Assembly: GCA_038734615.1 (NCBI GenBank)
Contig: JAVYOH010000003.1
Location: 2,070-26,069 of the forward strand
DNA length: 24,000 nucleotides
Reading direction: 5' to 3'
Origin: Saccharolobus sp.
GTDB taxonomy: Archaea; Thermoproteota; Thermoprotei_A; Sulfolobales; Sulfolobaceae
Shown: piece by piece, positions 9,663 through 19,992 of the stretch
Layout: each line of letters opens with the position of its first letter
Position numbering within the stretch: the first letter of the stretch is position 1
Notes under the pieces: model-generated
Seen by the model: the letters and a program-made list of their open reading frames with translations, nothing else
Database searches by the model: none
Told to the model about the DNA's origin: nothing
Program-made: the position numbers and the translations under genes

Positions 9663-10937
9663 ATGGGGTTTAATATGATTAATCAATTTTCGATAGAAAG
9701 GATTAAGGGATTGGAAATCTTAGATTCTAGAGGAAATCCTACTATAAGAGTCTTTGTTAAAACTAGTAATGGAACTGAAGCTTTTGGTGATGCTCCAGCA
9801 GGAGCATCTAAAGGTTCTAGAGAGGCTATAGAGGTTAGAGATCCCAATAATATTACAGTAAAAAAGGCAGTAGATATTGTAAATTACATTATAGATCCTG
9901 CATTACACGGATTTGACGTAAGGGATCAAGCTAAAATTGATAAAACAATGATAAATATGGATTCTACAGAAAATAAATCTAGGTTAGGTGCTAATTCTAT
10001 GATAGCTACATCCATTGCTGTATTAAGAACTGCTTCTAAAGCATTAAATTTGGAAGTATTCAGATATATTTCCGGACCTAAGGAAGCACAAATTCCAGTA
10101 CCCCTCCTAAATATTATAAATGGCGGATTACATGCTGGAAATAAGCTAAAAGTACAAGAATTTATAATAATTCCGATAAAGTTCAATACATTTAAGGAAG
10201 CACTTTTTGCATCGATAGATGTATATAGAAATCTGAAAGGGTTAATAACTGAAAGATATGGAAAACTGTATACTGCAGTAGGTGACGAGGGTGGATTCTC
10301 TCCTCCCTTAGAGAAAACTAGGGATGCTTTAGACTTAATATACACGGCTATTAAAAACACTGGTTATGAAGGACAAATATTTTTAGGCATGGATTCAGCA
10401 GCAACCGACTTTTACGATAGTTCAAAGGGCAAATATATAATTGATGATATGGAGATTAATGCAGATAAATTATTAGAGTATTATTCGGAACTAGTTAAGG
10501 AGTATCCAATAGTGTATTTAGAGGATCCTTTTGAGGAAAATTCCTTTGATAAGTTTGCTATTTTACAAGACGAGTTAAAGAATGTAATTATAGTAGGAGA
10601 TGATATCTATACAACAAATACTAAATACTTGAGAAAAGGCATTGAGAAAAAATCTACAAAAGGTGTTATAGTAAAGCCAAATCAAATTGGTACAATTACA
10701 GAGACGTTTGAGTTTGTGGATTTAGCAAAAAGTAATTCAATTAAAACAGTGGCTAGCCATAGAAGTGGTGAGACTGAAGATAATTTTATAGCGGAATTTG
10801 CAGTGGGTATTTCTTCGGACTTTATAAAAACTGGTGCTCCTGCTAGAGGGGAAAGAATTAGCAAGTATAACAAATTATTAGAAATAGAAAACAAATTTGA
10901 ATTAGAATACAAGGGAAAATACCTATATACCTTTTAA
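9663..10937 (+). CDS. eno: Enolase (2-phosphoglycerate dehydratase)
   Basis: Motifs ILDSRGNPT, the enolase signature [31 protein letters not shown] and IVKPNQIGT are present. The true start may be M5 (9675). Confidence 0.93.
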   Translation: MGFNMINQFSIERIKGLEILDSRGNPTIRVFVKTSNGTEAFGDAPAGASKGSREAIEVRDPNNITVKKAVDIVNYIIDPALHGFDVRDQAKIDKTMINMDSTENKSRLGANSMIATSIAVLRTASKALNLEVFRYISGPKEAQIPVPLLNIINGGLHAGNKLKVQEFIIIPIKFNTFKEALFASIDVYRNLKGLITERYGKLYTAVGDEGGFSPPLEKTRDALDLIYTAIKNTGYEGQIFLGMDSAATDFYDSSKGKYIIDDMEINADKLLEYYSELVKEYPIVYLEDPFEENSFDKFAILQDELKNVIIVGDDIYTTNTKYLRKGIEKKSTKGVIVKPNQIGTITETFEFVDLAKSNSIKTVASHRSGETEDNFIAEFAVGISSDFIKTGAPARGERISKYNKLLEIENKFELEYKGKYLYTF

Positions 10938-11185
10938 GGTAATAATAACCCTAAGATTATTAAGAATACTGCTATAGCTAATAAGAATAATATAAACTCT
11001 TTTGTAGACATTGAAGGTATCGCTTTAGCTGTTTTTACTAAACCATAAATTATCCCACCTATTATTATAATAAGCAGTAATGTAAAACCTATCCCTATTA
11101 GTATATAACTTATAGGCTCTGTGTTAATTCCACTAAACACATGTGATAACTGCGAAGTTATATTACTGAGTGCTTGAAAACTCAT
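10934..11185 (-). CDS. Small membrane protein (2 TM helices)
   Basis: Two long hydrophobic segments, [26 protein letters not shown] and [19 protein letters not shown], are present. There is no other evidence. Confidence 0.45.
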   Translation of the reverse strand: MSFQALSNITSQLSHVFSGINTEPISYILIGIGFTLLLIIIIGGIIYGLVKTAKAIPSMSTKEFILFLLAIAVFLIILGLLLP

Positions 11186-11244
11186 ATCAAATTAATAGAT
11201 ATCTCTTAATATACTTTTTAAGCTTGTTCACATAATATGTACGA

Positions 11245-11300
11245 TAAGATGATGAAGGTTAAAAGCGCTTATTGAATGATGAGTATCCACTTGCTGAGGA
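11245..11300 (+). ncRNA. Candidate C/D-box sRNA (2'-O-methylation guide)
   Basis: The layout is C box ATGATGA (11249-11255), a 12-nt spacer AGGTTAAAAGCG, a degenerate D' CTTA (11268-11271), a 4-nt linker, C' ATGATGA (11276-11282), an 11-nt spacer GTATCCACTTG and D box CTGA (11294-11297). The element is about 55 nt long and intergenic, with an AT-rich TATA-like element about 30 nt upstream (11206-11222). Confidence 0.35.
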
Positions 11301-11310
11301 GCCCTAATCC

Positions 11311-11328
11311 TTATAAATGTTATTTAAA
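11311..11328 (+). promoter_or_regulatory. cdvA core promoter (TATA-like boxes)
   Basis: TTATAAAT (11311-11318) and TATTTAAA (11321-11328) lie about 28-45 nt upstream of ATG 11356. This implies a leaderless or very short-leader cdvA mRNA. Confidence 0.5.
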
Positions 11329-11355
11329 GACCAAATATTTTTGAGGAGTATTACC

Positions 11356-12072
11356 ATGCCCATATCGTATGAGACACTAACGAAATTTATCGGCCAAAAA
11401 ATTAAGGATGTATATGGAAGGGAGGCAGGGTACTTGGTCCATATATATAGTGAAATTGATGGAAGTATCACGGGTATAGAAATCTCCCAAGGATTTTCTT
11501 TTACTACAATAGGTCCGGATAGGGTTAAGATTGATGGGGAATCAATATTGATTTTGCCAGATTGGAAATCGGAGGCTATAAGAATACTAAGCCTCATGGA
11601 AAAAATTAGAAGGAGACAAAAAGCTCTAGAAGAATTATATAATAAGCAAGAGATTCCAAAGAGTGAGTACGATGAAATGAAAAGGAAATTGGATAGTGAA
11701 ATGATAAAGTTGAAAGATGATCAAAGTAAACTAAAGAGTAGATTGAAGTCTAGACTTAATGAGATAGAGGATCAATTATCCCATATAGACAAAGCTATAA
11801 TCTCATTAAAAATGAGCTATATTTCTTCAGAAATTCCAGAGAGTGCATATAAAAACTCTATGGAAGTATTAAGGCAGTCAAGAGAAAGTTATACTTTAGA
11901 AAGAGATGATATAAAAAAGACTTTAGATAAGTTAGACTCGCTAGACAAAGAGAGTATAGAACTTAAGCCTTTAGGCTCCTTAACTACACAACAGCAAGGT
12001 GAGACAAAGACCGAACAACCTAAATCGGAAATACCATTACCAATACCGGTAAAGGTAATAAATACTCTCTAA
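11356..12072 (+). CDS. cdvA: Cell division protein CdvA
   Basis: [44 protein letters not shown] is the PRC-barrel-like N-terminus known from Sulfolobus CdvA. A long coiled coil follows ([39 protein letters not shown]...), then a short hydrophobic C-terminal peptide ([13 protein letters not shown]) in the position of the ESCRT-III-binding (E3B) tail. The track start at 11317 sits inside the TATA box, so I prefer 11356. Confidence 0.85.
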   Translation: MPISYETLTKFIGQKIKDVYGREAGYLVHIYSEIDGSITGIEISQGFSFTTIGPDRVKIDGESILILPDWKSEAIRILSLMEKIRRRQKALEELYNKQEIPKSEYDEMKRKLDSEMIKLKDDQSKLKSRLKSRLNEIEDQLSHIDKAIISLKMSYISSEIPESAYKNSMEVLRQSRESYTLERDDIKKTLDKLDSLDKESIELKPLGSLTTQQQGETKTEQPKSEIPLPIPVKVINTL

Positions 12073-12084
12073 CTAAATTAGTGA

Positions 12085-12867
<783 letters not shown>

Positions 12868-12868
12868 T

Positions 12869-12874
12869 AGGTGA
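12869..12874 (+). promoter_or_regulatory. Shine-Dalgarno-like motif for cdvC
   Basis: AGGTGA lies 6 nt upstream of ATG 12881. It is complementary to the conserved archaeal 16S 3' end and typical of internal operon genes in Sulfolobales. Confidence 0.5.
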
Positions 12875-12880
12875 AGACTG

Positions 12881-13990
12881 ATGAGTGCACAAATAATGCT
12901 TGAGGATATGGCAAGAAAATATGCTATATTGGCCGTGAAAGCTGATAAAGAGGGTAAGGTAGAAGATGCTATAACGTATTATAAAAAAGCTATAGAAGTA
13001 TTAAGCCAAATTATAGTTTTATATCCAGAATCTGTAGCTAGAACTGCGTATGAGCAGATGATAAATGAATATAAGAAAAGAATAAGCTATTTAGAAAAAA
13101 TCTTACCAGCAACTGATTCTGAGAATAAAGATGATAATGAAGATATAATCATAACTGAAAAACCAAAAGTTAAATTCAGTGATATAGTAGGTCTTGAAGA
13201 CGTAAAGGAGGCATTGAAAGAAGCTATAATATATCCAACCAAGAGGCCAGACTTATTCCCTTTGGGATGGCCTAGAGGAATTTTATTATATGGCCCGCCA
13301 GGCTGTGGAAAGACTATGATAGCTGCAGCTGTAGCAAATGAAATAGATTCAATTTTTATACAACTGGATGCAGCATCAGTAATGTCTAAATGGCTTGGAG
13401 AAGCAGAAAAAAATGTAGCAAATGTATTCAAAACTGCTAGAGAGGAGTCTAAGAAGCAAAATAAACCTGCAATAATATTCATAGATGAACTTGATGCATT
13501 ATTAGGTGTTTATTCTACAGAAGTGGGAGGAGAAGCTAGAGTAAGAAATCAGTTCTTAAAAGAAATGGATGGTCTCTTAGATAAGTCAGAAAACTATAAA
13601 GTGTACGTTATAGGTGCAACTAATAAGCCTTGGAGACTAGATGAGGCCTTTTTAAGGAGATTTCAGAAGAGAATTTACGTAACTTTACCGGATTATGAAC
13701 AACGAATTTCATTGTTTAAATATTATCTATCTAAAGTTAAATTAGCAGATGATGTAAACATTAATGAATTAGCTAAACTCACCGAGGGATACACTGCTAG
13801 TGATATTAGAGATATAGTACAATCAGTTCATATAAAGGTAGTTAAGGAAATGTTTAAAGATAATTTAGCGGAACCTAGAGCAATTACTATGCAAGATTTT
13901 AAGGAGATATTAAAGGTTAGAATGCCAAGCGTTAATCCAGAACTAATAAAAGCATATGAAGTATGGACTGAGAAGTTTAAAGCATTATGA
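12881..13990 (+). CDS. cdvC: Vps4-like AAA+ ATPase CdvC (MIT domain plus AAA domain)
   Basis: The N-terminal MIT-like three-helix region is [33 protein letters not shown]. Walker A GPPGCGKT (13292-13315), Walker B IIFIDELD and the second region of homology [22 protein letters not shown] are present. Confidence 0.93.
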   Translation: MSAQIMLEDMARKYAILAVKADKEGKVEDAITYYKKAIEVLSQIIVLYPESVARTAYEQMINEYKKRISYLEKILPATDSENKDDNEDIIITEKPKVKFSDIVGLEDVKEALKEAIIYPTKRPDLFPLGWPRGILLYGPPGCGKTMIAAAVANEIDSIFIQLDAASVMSKWLGEAEKNVANVFKTAREESKKQNKPAIIFIDELDALLGVYSTEVGGEARVRNQFLKEMDGLLDKSENYKVYVIGATNKPWRLDEAFLRRFQKRIYVTLPDYEQRISLFKYYLSKVKLADDVNINELAKLTEGYTASDIRDIVQSVHIKVVKEMFKDNLAEPRAITMQDFKEILKVRMPSVNPELIKAYEVWTEKFKAL

Positions 13991-14015
13991 GTTCTCAGAT
14001 ACCCCAGAGTTTACC

Positions 14016-16037
14016 TCATCTTTTCAGTTTGGCATGACTTTCATCATATAATCTTGCTATTATATCTTTAACATACTTACCTGTTACCTTACTACTTTTT
14101 ATAATTTTTAAAATCTTTTTCTCATCATAATTTGTCCTTTCTTTCCATACACTTATACCATCTTTTAATTTTTGTTTTGCTTCATAATGATATTTACATA
14201 ATCCTTCTTCATATACCTCTATGTCACATAGTTTACATTTATTATATTTTATTAAACCCAAAGCCTTACCTAAAGATATACCTATATTATTTTTATTTAT
14301 CTTATATTCTTCTATAAATTCGTTGAGACGTTTTATATTATTCTTAATTACCACTTCTTGTGTAAGTTTACCCGCTTCTATTAATTCCAATTTAGACTCC
14401 ATATCAGCAGTCATCTTAACATCAGTTATCTCTGGAAAGAATTTGCTTAAAATCTCCGCAATATAAAAACCTAATTTTGTAGGAACCAAATATTTGCTAC
14501 TGGTTGTTAAATATCTTCTTTTAATTAGAACCTCAATTATCCTTCCTCTTGTAGCCTTGGTTCCTAATCCTGAGGCTTCCATCCACTTCAACAATGAAAC
14601 CTTTGTAAATCTAGAATTAGGTCTAGATAGGCTTATGCGTACTTTACCACCAGTTATAATGCCTTCAGAACCTTTTGAGAAAAAGGGTATACTATCTTCT
14701 TTTATTTGATGAAAAGGATATAATTCTAGCCAATTTCTTTCTACTACTCTACTATATGATATTGAAAATTGTAAAGGAAAATCAATAACCTTAATCCCAT
14801 ATGTCGTTATGGATATTTTAGCATCACGTGATATGGAAGCGAGAAATCTCCTAACTATTAAATCATAAATTTTGAATAAATTTCCAGACAATTCTTTAGG
14901 AGCTTCTCCAGTAGGATGAATTGCTGGATGTGCTGGATCATCTTTATCTCCTTGATTAACTATATACTTACCGCTGGTGATTTTATCTAAACTATAAACT
15001 AGATTTTTATATGAACTTTTTTCCAGATTTCTAACTATATTATATATATTAATAGTAGAGGGTATTTTCTGACTATTAGTCCTAGGATAGCTTATAAGGC
15101 CGTCTAGATATAACTCCTCTGCTAACCTCTCTACATTATATGGTGAAATGCCATACAACCTTCCCGCTTCAACTTGAAGATCTGTAAGGTTAAATGGATG
15201 TGGTCTTTCCAAATTTTTTATTTTTTGATCTATATACTCAATAACCACTCTTTTATTTTTAATATTTTTTAAAAATTCTTGAGCTTTATCAATCCTATCA
15301 AATTCTTTATCTAACTTTATGTTTATAGTGTGAGTACCAATTTTAATTGTAATAGATACGTTAAATGTGGGTAATGGAATAAATAAATTTCTTTCAATCT
15401 CCGAATTAACTATGCTAACTAGAGTAGGGCTTTGAACTCGGCCAGCGCTTAAAATTATTTTTTTCCCTACAACTTCCTTAACGGCTAACATCAGTGCCCT
15501 ACTTATATTTATACCCCATAACCAGTCTATCTTATGCCGAGTGATTCCTGCCTCTATCATATTATAATCTAATTCTGATAAATTTAAAAAAGCATTAATT
15601 ATATCACTCTTAGTTAAAGCTGAAAATTTCATTCTCTTAGCTCTTTTTAAATCGCCCAAATATTTAATTATAAGATAGCCTATAACGGAGCCTTCTATAT
15701 CGTAGTCACATGCGTTAATAAAACCTATAGCACGCTTACTTAATGAGGAAAGTAATTCATAATATTTCCTAGTGTAATATGCAGTTTTATCAATTGTCCA
15801 TAAAGGTTTCCATACTGCATCGTAAACTGGAAATTTATTATCTCCTTGCAAGCCAAATAAATGTCCAGCAGCAGATGTTACCAGATATACGTTATTCCCA
15901 TACTTTAATGCCCAATAACCAACATATTTTTTACAAAAAACTGGATTATTAGATAAAGCCTCAGAAATTTTCTTAGCTGCTTTGGGTTTCTCTGCAATTA
16001 TAAGGAAAAAATTGTTTGCATTACATAAATCCATCAT
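14016..16037 (-). CDS. topA: Type IA DNA topoisomerase (Topo III-like), with a C-terminal Cys cluster
   Basis: TOPRIM motifs IIAEKP...AAGHL and ACDYDIEGS are present, with the active-site tyrosine region ISYPRTNSQ and the C-terminal zinc-finger-like [17 protein letters not shown]. Confidence 0.9.
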   Translation of the reverse strand: MMDLCNANNFFLIIAEKPKAAKKISEALSNNPVFCKKYVGYWALKYGNNVYLVTSAAGHLFGLQGDNKFPVYDAVWKPLWTIDKTAYYTRKYYELLSSLSKRAIGFINACDYDIEGSVIGYLIIKYLGDLKRAKRMKFSALTKSDIINAFLNLSELDYNMIEAGITRHKIDWLWGINISRALMLAVKEVVGKKIILSAGRVQSPTLVSIVNSEIERNLFIPLPTFNVSITIKIGTHTINIKLDKEFDRIDKAQEFLKNIKNKRVVIEYIDQKIKNLERPHPFNLTDLQVEAGRLYGISPYNVERLAEELYLDGLISYPRTNSQKIPSTINIYNIVRNLEKSSYKNLVYSLDKITSGKYIVNQGDKDDPAHPAIHPTGEAPKELSGNLFKIYDLIVRRFLASISRDAKISITTYGIKVIDFPLQFSISYSRVVERNWLELYPFHQIKEDSIPFFSKGSEGIITGGKVRISLSRPNSRFTKVSLLKWMEASGLGTKATRGRIIEVLIKRRYLTTSSKYLVPTKLGFYIAEILSKFFPEITDVKMTADMESKLELIEAGKLTQEVVIKNNIKRLNEFIEEYKINKNNIGISLGKALGLIKYNKCKLCDIEVYEEGLCKYHYEAKQKLKDGISVWKERTNYDEKKILKIIKSSKVTGKYVKDIIARLYDESHAKLKR

Positions 16038-16039
16038 GT

Positions 16040-16300
16040 TTAACTCTTTTTAAGGGATATTAAAATCACTTTGCCGTTAGGTAATCTTCTCCTTATAGTT
16101 ATTGGAAGAATATTTCTCTTAAATTCCTCCTCAGCTATAGTTACAATATCAATATTTGTATCATTTATATCAATAAATGGGGGGGCGCCCATAGCTAATT
16201 GTAATGCTCTAGCACTAATTACCCTGGCAATTTCATATTTAGTAAGCTTATTCTGCCATAAAGAAACGAAAACCTCATTAAAATGTAAATCTTGTGACAA
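16040..16300 (-). CDS. rpoK: DNA-directed RNA polymerase subunit K (Rpo6; RPB6/omega homologue)
   Basis: [25 protein letters not shown] is the conserved Rpo6 core, and the length is 86 aa. Confidence 0.85.
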   Translation of the reverse strand: MSQDLHFNEVFVSLWQNKLTKYEIARVISARALQLAMGAPPFIDINDTNIDIVTIAEEEFKRNILPITIRRRLPNGKVILISLKKS

Positions 16301-16312
16301 AATTTCCCCCTT

Positions 16313-17434
16313 TTAATCCCACGAAACTTCACTTTTTAACTCTTCTGGTAAACTACATTCTTTAGGAGCTTTAGTTATAAGACTTGAATTCAAAATATCA
16401 TTCAAAGTAGTTATAAGTTTATTAATTGCCCTATCATCAACAACGCCTAAAACTCCTATTCTAACTACCTTATCTCTTAATTCCCCCATGCCTCTACTAA
16501 TCTCTATATTTCTAGATTTTAATTCCTTAATTAATTGATCTACTGCTATTGGAGGTGTTGCTACCACGACAGTGTTAGAGAAATTTTCAGGATTACCTAA
16601 TAGTTCGAAATTCATTCTTTTTAAAACATCTCGCAAATATATTGAACAAGCTTCATGCCTCTTCCATCTATTTTGTATACCTTCTAATTCTAATAGTTCT
16701 GCAGCTCTTCTAGAAGCGAAAAATGCTCCTACTGTTGGTGTAAATGGAGTCTCTCCTTTATCCTGAAATTTAAGATGTAAGGAAATGTCTAGATAGCTAG
16801 GTAAATCATTATTATGTAAGTTACTTACACCCTCGTCAGATAATGCTACAAACCCTACTCCTGGAATGCTTGCAAGAGCTTTCTGACTACCAGTAGCTAC
16901 GGCATCTATTTTCCAACTATTTACATATAAAGGGTATGCAGCAAAGCCTGAAACTGAATCAACTAATAACTTTAACCCATTCTTTTTTACGATTTCACTA
17001 ACCTTTTGTAAATTTCTGAATGCTATTCCCACACTAGTCTCATTATGAACTATAGCTACTGTAGTGGCATCTTTATTTTCTTCAATAGCTTTTTTAACCT
17101 CGTCTATCTGGAAAAAATTGCCTTGTCTCTTTTCATAACTTATTACTTTAGCTCCTCTTCTGATTAATGACTCCTTTAGCCTTTGCCCAAACTCACCATA
17201 AGGAAATGTTAAAACTTTTTCCTCTCTTTTAACTAATGAAAAAACCATAGCCTCTACAGCTAAAGTACCAGAGCCACTAAGAAGAGCTACTCTAGTTGAT
17301 TCAAAGTGCTTATTCATTAAGGATTCTAATGATTTTACAGTTTCCCTAAATTTTTCTGATCTGTGATTAATCAAAGTTAAGGATTCGCGTAAAACACTTA
17401 AAGGTACATTTACTGGTCCAGGAATTAGCATCAA
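16313..17434 (-). CDS. Class V (AGXT-type) PLP aminotransferase: a serine-pyruvate, alanine-glyoxylate or phosphoserine aminotransferase candidate
   Basis: [10 protein letters not shown] at the N-terminus, LLVDSVSGF and the PLP-lysine motif [13 protein letters not shown] are present. A 4-nt ATGA overlap joins it to the upstream dehydrogenase gene. Confidence 0.8.
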   Translation of the reverse strand: MMLIPGPVNVPLSVLRESLTLINHRSEKFRETVKSLESLMNKHFESTRVALLSGSGTLAVEAMVFSLVKREEKVLTFPYGEFGQRLKESLIRRGAKVISYEKRQGNFFQIDEVKKAIEENKDATTVAIVHNETSVGIAFRNLQKVSEIVKKNGLKLLVDSVSGFAAYPLYVNSWKIDAVATGSQKALASIPGVGFVALSDEGVSNLHNNDLPSYLDISLHLKFQDKGETPFTPTVGAFFASRRAAELLELEGIQNRWKRHEACSIYLRDVLKRMNFELLGNPENFSNTVVVATPPIAVDQLIKELKSRNIEISRGMGELRDKVVRIGVLGVVDDRAINKLITTLNDILNSSLITKAPKECSLPEELKSEVSWD

Positions 17435-18402
17435 GATAATACACCAAGTTCTTTCAAAGTATTGAGTAGATTCTCAGTAGTTACCATTGCTACTCTACGT
17501 TGAGCCTCTTTAGTCTGTGCTCCAATATGGGTTGTCACTATTACTCTCTCATGCTTTAGTAATTTTAATTCCCATTCTTCCTTAGGTGGTTCATTCCACA
17601 ATACATCAGTAGCATAGGTCAAGTTCTTAATATCTATATATTTTAGCAAGGCTTTGCCATCGACTACTACAGCCCTACTAGTGTTGATTATTATTGAATT
17701 GGTTTTAACATATCTAAACATATGATCATCAAGAATTGGTTTGGCGTTCTTACCTACAGTTACATGAAAAGATACAATATCAGAATTGGCTAGTAGTTCT
17801 TCTATATTATTTACGACTTTTGCTCCAACACTTCTTGCTCTTTCCGAGATGTCTATTACATCATATGCTAATACATTCATATCTAAAGCTTTACATACTT
17901 TAGCAACTTTGGTACCTATCCTTCCAAATCCTATTATTCCTATAGTCTTACCCGCTAACTCGATCCCTTCTATTTTCTTAAAAATTCCACCTTTTGCCAT
18001 ATTCATCGAGTCATAAAGCCTTCTTGCTGCAATTAACATTAAACCAATCGTTAACTCTGCAGCAGAATCTGTAGAAGCTCCAGGGGCATAAACTATTCTT
18101 ATATTCCTTTTTACAGCTTCCTCAGTATCTATGTTATCTAAGCCTATACCAGCTCTAGCTATTATTCTGAGATTTTTACCTCTCTCAATTATCTCCTTAT
18201 CTACTTTAGTTCTACTTCTCACAATGAGAATTTCATAATTATCTATAATCTTTAGTAGTTCTTCTCTTGTTATTTCTGGCTTATAGTCCACAATTAATTT
18301 AGTTTCTTGTAATGTTTTCAACATATATTGATCTACTGGATCGGTTATTAATACTTTGAAATTTATTTTGCTTATAGAGTTAGAACGCTGAATAGTCTCC
18401 AT
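17431..18402 (-). CDS. serA: D-isomer-specific 2-hydroxyacid dehydrogenase (D-3-phosphoglycerate dehydrogenase-like, no ACT domain)
   Basis: [10 protein letters not shown], the NAD-binding motif [13 protein letters not shown] and the catalytic-His region TTHIGAQT are present. The 323-aa length means there is no C-terminal regulatory domain, so hydroxypyruvate or glyoxylate reductase activity cannot be excluded. Confidence 0.75.
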   Translation of the reverse strand: METIQRSNSISKINFKVLITDPVDQYMLKTLQETKLIVDYKPEITREELLKIIDNYEILIVRSRTKVDKEIIERGKNLRIIARAGIGLDNIDTEEAVKRNIRIVYAPGASTDSAAELTIGLMLIAARRLYDSMNMAKGGIFKKIEGIELAGKTIGIIGFGRIGTKVAKVCKALDMNVLAYDVIDISERARSVGAKVVNNIEELLANSDIVSFHVTVGKNAKPILDDHMFRYVKTNSIIINTSRAVVVDGKALLKYIDIKNLTYATDVLWNEPPKEEWELKLLKHERVIVTTHIGAQTKEAQRRVAMVTTENLLNTLKELGVLS

Positions 18403-18550
18403 ACGATCACCTAAAATTTAGAATTTATTTTAACATGATGATGAGAGTGAGTTTGAGGAAATAGATAAAATAGTAGTATTAAACAGATAGGAAGTCCAAA
18501 ATATCTTGTAACTTATTTTTACCCTATTTACCGTTTGCATCTGGTGTCAT

Positions 18551-18557
18551 AAAAAAA
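18551..18557 (-). terminator. Oligo-T tract (T7 on the minus strand), a candidate archaeal terminator for ogg
   Basis: A7 on the plus strand equals T7 on the coding strand, about 30 nt downstream of the ogg stop codon. Archaeal termination commonly uses T-runs. Confidence 0.3.
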
Positions 18558-18585
18558 TGTTATTACTCATTTATATATTTTATTA

Positions 18586-19209
18586 TCACTTAACTATAGT
18601 ATTAGTCTCTTTAAACCATATAAACAAATCAAACAAACCAAGTGGTACATTTAAATTTAATGCAACAGATCTTAAAATGTTCTCAAAAATTATATATTGT
18701 TTTTTAGTTAAATGTGAATTTTTTATTTCACCTACTGCACCAATTTTTCTCAAAAAATTAATAACATGCCTATCAATTATTGCTAAGTCAAAATAGCCTA
18801 CATTTCTTAGAAAGTGGCTTGACTCTTTCATTCCTAGACCATCTATTTTTAATAGCTTCTCCCTAGCTAATGATTGATCATAGTCCGCTATCGGTTTTAT
18901 CTCATTCTTTAATTTTCCATAAATTTTTTCCCTTGCTATCGTTATATATTTTGCCTTTAAGTTATAAAATCTATAATTACAACTCTTAAGTAGATCTCGT
19001 ATTTCCTTTTCACTAGCATAATATATACTTTCTCCTAAACAACCTAACGCTTTATATGCAGATAAAAATGACGAATTAGCTGTTAATATGCAAAGAGTTA
19101 ATTCCCTAAACCATACCTCTTCTGAAGATAAGTTATTTAATTTAAACTCTTCAGCTCTTTCTAGAACTTTTGCTCTTATTTTTTGATCTTGAATTAGATT
19201 TCTTAGCAC
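18586..19209 (-). CDS. ogg: 8-oxoguanine DNA glycosylase/AP lyase, Ogg2 (archaeal HhH-GPD) type
   Basis: The HhH-GPD core is [31 protein letters not shown] (catalytic Lys in GMKE, Asp in IIDRH), preceded by [15 protein letters not shown]. Starting at GTG 19209 gives about 208 aa and an N-terminus ([22 protein letters not shown]) that lines up with my recollection of Methanocaldococcus Ogg. The ATG at 19305 in the track adds a low-complexity basic extension. Confidence 0.85.
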   Translation of the reverse strand: MLRNLIQDQKIRAKVLERAEEFKLNNLSSEEVWFRELTLCILTANSSFLSAYKALGCLGESIYYASEKEIRDLLKSCNYRFYNLKAKYITIAREKIYGKLKNEIKPIADYDQSLAREKLLKIDGLGMKESSHFLRNVGYFDLAIIDRHVINFLRKIGAVGEIKNSHLTKKQYIIFENILRSVALNLNVPLGLFDLFIWFKETNTIVK

Positions 19210-19663
19210 GTTTTTTACTTTTCCTCCTTTTCTTTTTAACCTTAGTCTGTTTCCTTTCTGGTGTTGGTGGGTTAATATCTGATAAAGATATAATCTTCGT
19301 ACCATTAGTTGTATAAAATATTATGAACTGTATATCTTTCTTAACTAAATTTCCTCCGATAACATTATCTACATTTAGATCAATCTTTTGCATAACTACT
19401 TGATTCTCGTTTACTTGTTGAGGTATACTAATAGCCATAACATGTAAGGGTTCCGAAAAGTGGAATTCTAAATTTAGTTTTCCATTAATATATTTCTCGC
19501 CTTTACTATCTATTATAACTATATCACTAGAATTATCAGGGACTATAGATTCTAAATCATGGACCCCATCAATGATCTGTTCATCTTTTACTTTTTTTAT
19601 AACTGCTAATTCAACTATGTCACTCACTTTTAAAATAGTCAGCTTGTATGCTGCTAAACTCAT
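19151..19663 (-). CDS. Hypothetical beta-rich protein with a Lys/Arg/Ser-rich C-terminal tail
   Basis: The 170-aa ORF has a body rich in beta-strand-type alternation ([36 protein letters not shown]). The tail is [40 protein letters not shown] recognise no family. Confidence 0.5.
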   Translation of the reverse strand: MSLAAYKLTILKVSDIVELAVIKKVKDEQIIDGVHDLESIVPDNSSDIVIIDSKGEKYINGKLNLEFHFSEPLHVMAISIPQQVNENQVVMQKIDLNVDNVIGGNLVKKDIQFIIFYTTNGTKIISLSDINPPTPERKQTKVKKKRRKSKKRAKKSNSRSKNKSKSSRKS

Positions 19664-19773
19664 TTAATATATTTACCCCCTTTGTAGACTATAAAGTCTT
19701 TTAAAGCGAACAATGGTATAACGGTATGAATAAAAATTTAAGTTAATCCCCATTAAGATGTTAGTGATTTAAA

Positions 19774-19992
19774 TTGAGCATAAGAATAAGGGGTACAAAT
19801 GCATATGGACATTTAGGATGGTTAAGAGTATATTGTAGAATATGTAATAGAAAACTAATAATAGGCACGGACATTGTTTATAAATGCCCTAAGTGTGAAA
19901 AGAAATATGCAGCTTATTTCTGCGAAGCTGATAAGAGAGGACTAAAAGGTAAATGCCCATATTGTGGAGCTGAATTGGTACCAATACTATGA
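19774..19992 (+). CDS. Small Cys-rich zinc-ribbon protein (72 aa)
   Basis: CRIC-x13-CPKC is followed by C-x10-CPYC, giving 7 Cys. The start is TTG and there is no in-frame ATG. The stop overlaps the next ORF start (ATGA). Confidence 0.45.
   Translation: MSIRIRGTNAYGHLGWLRVYCRICNRKLIIGTDIVYKCPKCEKKYAAYFCEADKRGLKGKCPYCGAELVPIL

Noticed and set aside
11249-11342. Two tiny ORFs lie upstream of cdvA: ATGATGAAGGTTAAAAGCGCTTATTGA, and ATGATGAGT... running to the TGA at 11340-11342. They might be uORFs or leader peptides.
   Set aside because: They lie upstream of the cdvA TATA boxes, so they would not be on the cdvA mRNA. Their ATGATGA starts are better explained as C/C' boxes of the candidate sRNA.
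11317-11355. The track gives a longer cdvA ORF starting at ATG 11317.
   Set aside because: That ATG lies inside the TTATAAATG TATA-like box. The known CdvA N-terminus begins MP(I/V)S..., which corresponds to ATG 11356.
13995-14047. A C/D-box-like pattern lies on the minus strand at the 3' end of topA. It reads ATGATGA (14047-14041), 13 nt, CTGA (14027-14024), AAA, AGATGA, 17 nt, CTGA (13998-13995).
   Set aside because: The first half looks good, but the second spacer is 17 nt against the strongly constrained 12 nt or so of archaeal sRNAs, and the C' box is imperfect. The C box and first guide are also ordinary coding sequence (..[11 protein letters not shown]). It is worth a glance in small-RNA data but is not supported as a call.
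16179-16190. A local GC island and palindrome (GGGGGGGCGCCC, containing GGGCGCCC) stands out in otherwise AT-rich sequence.
   Set aside because: It encodes the conserved Rpo6 core residues MGAPP on the minus strand. Coding constraint explains it, and there is no flanking structure.
18435-18444. ATGATGATGA lies in the 183-bp ogg/serA intergenic region and could be the C box of an sRNA.
   Set aside because: There is no CTGA (D or D' box) at any suitable distance on this strand and no TGATGA/CTGA pattern on the other strand. The region is adequately explained by the ogg terminator (T7) and the serA-like gene promoter.
19210-19305. The track gives a longer ogg ORF starting at ATG 19305 (239 aa).
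   Set aside because: The extra 32 residues ([32 protein letters not shown]) are low-complexity and overlap the upstream 170-aa gene by 155 nt. The Ogg2 family is about 207 aa as I recall, and it aligns from the GTG at 19209.
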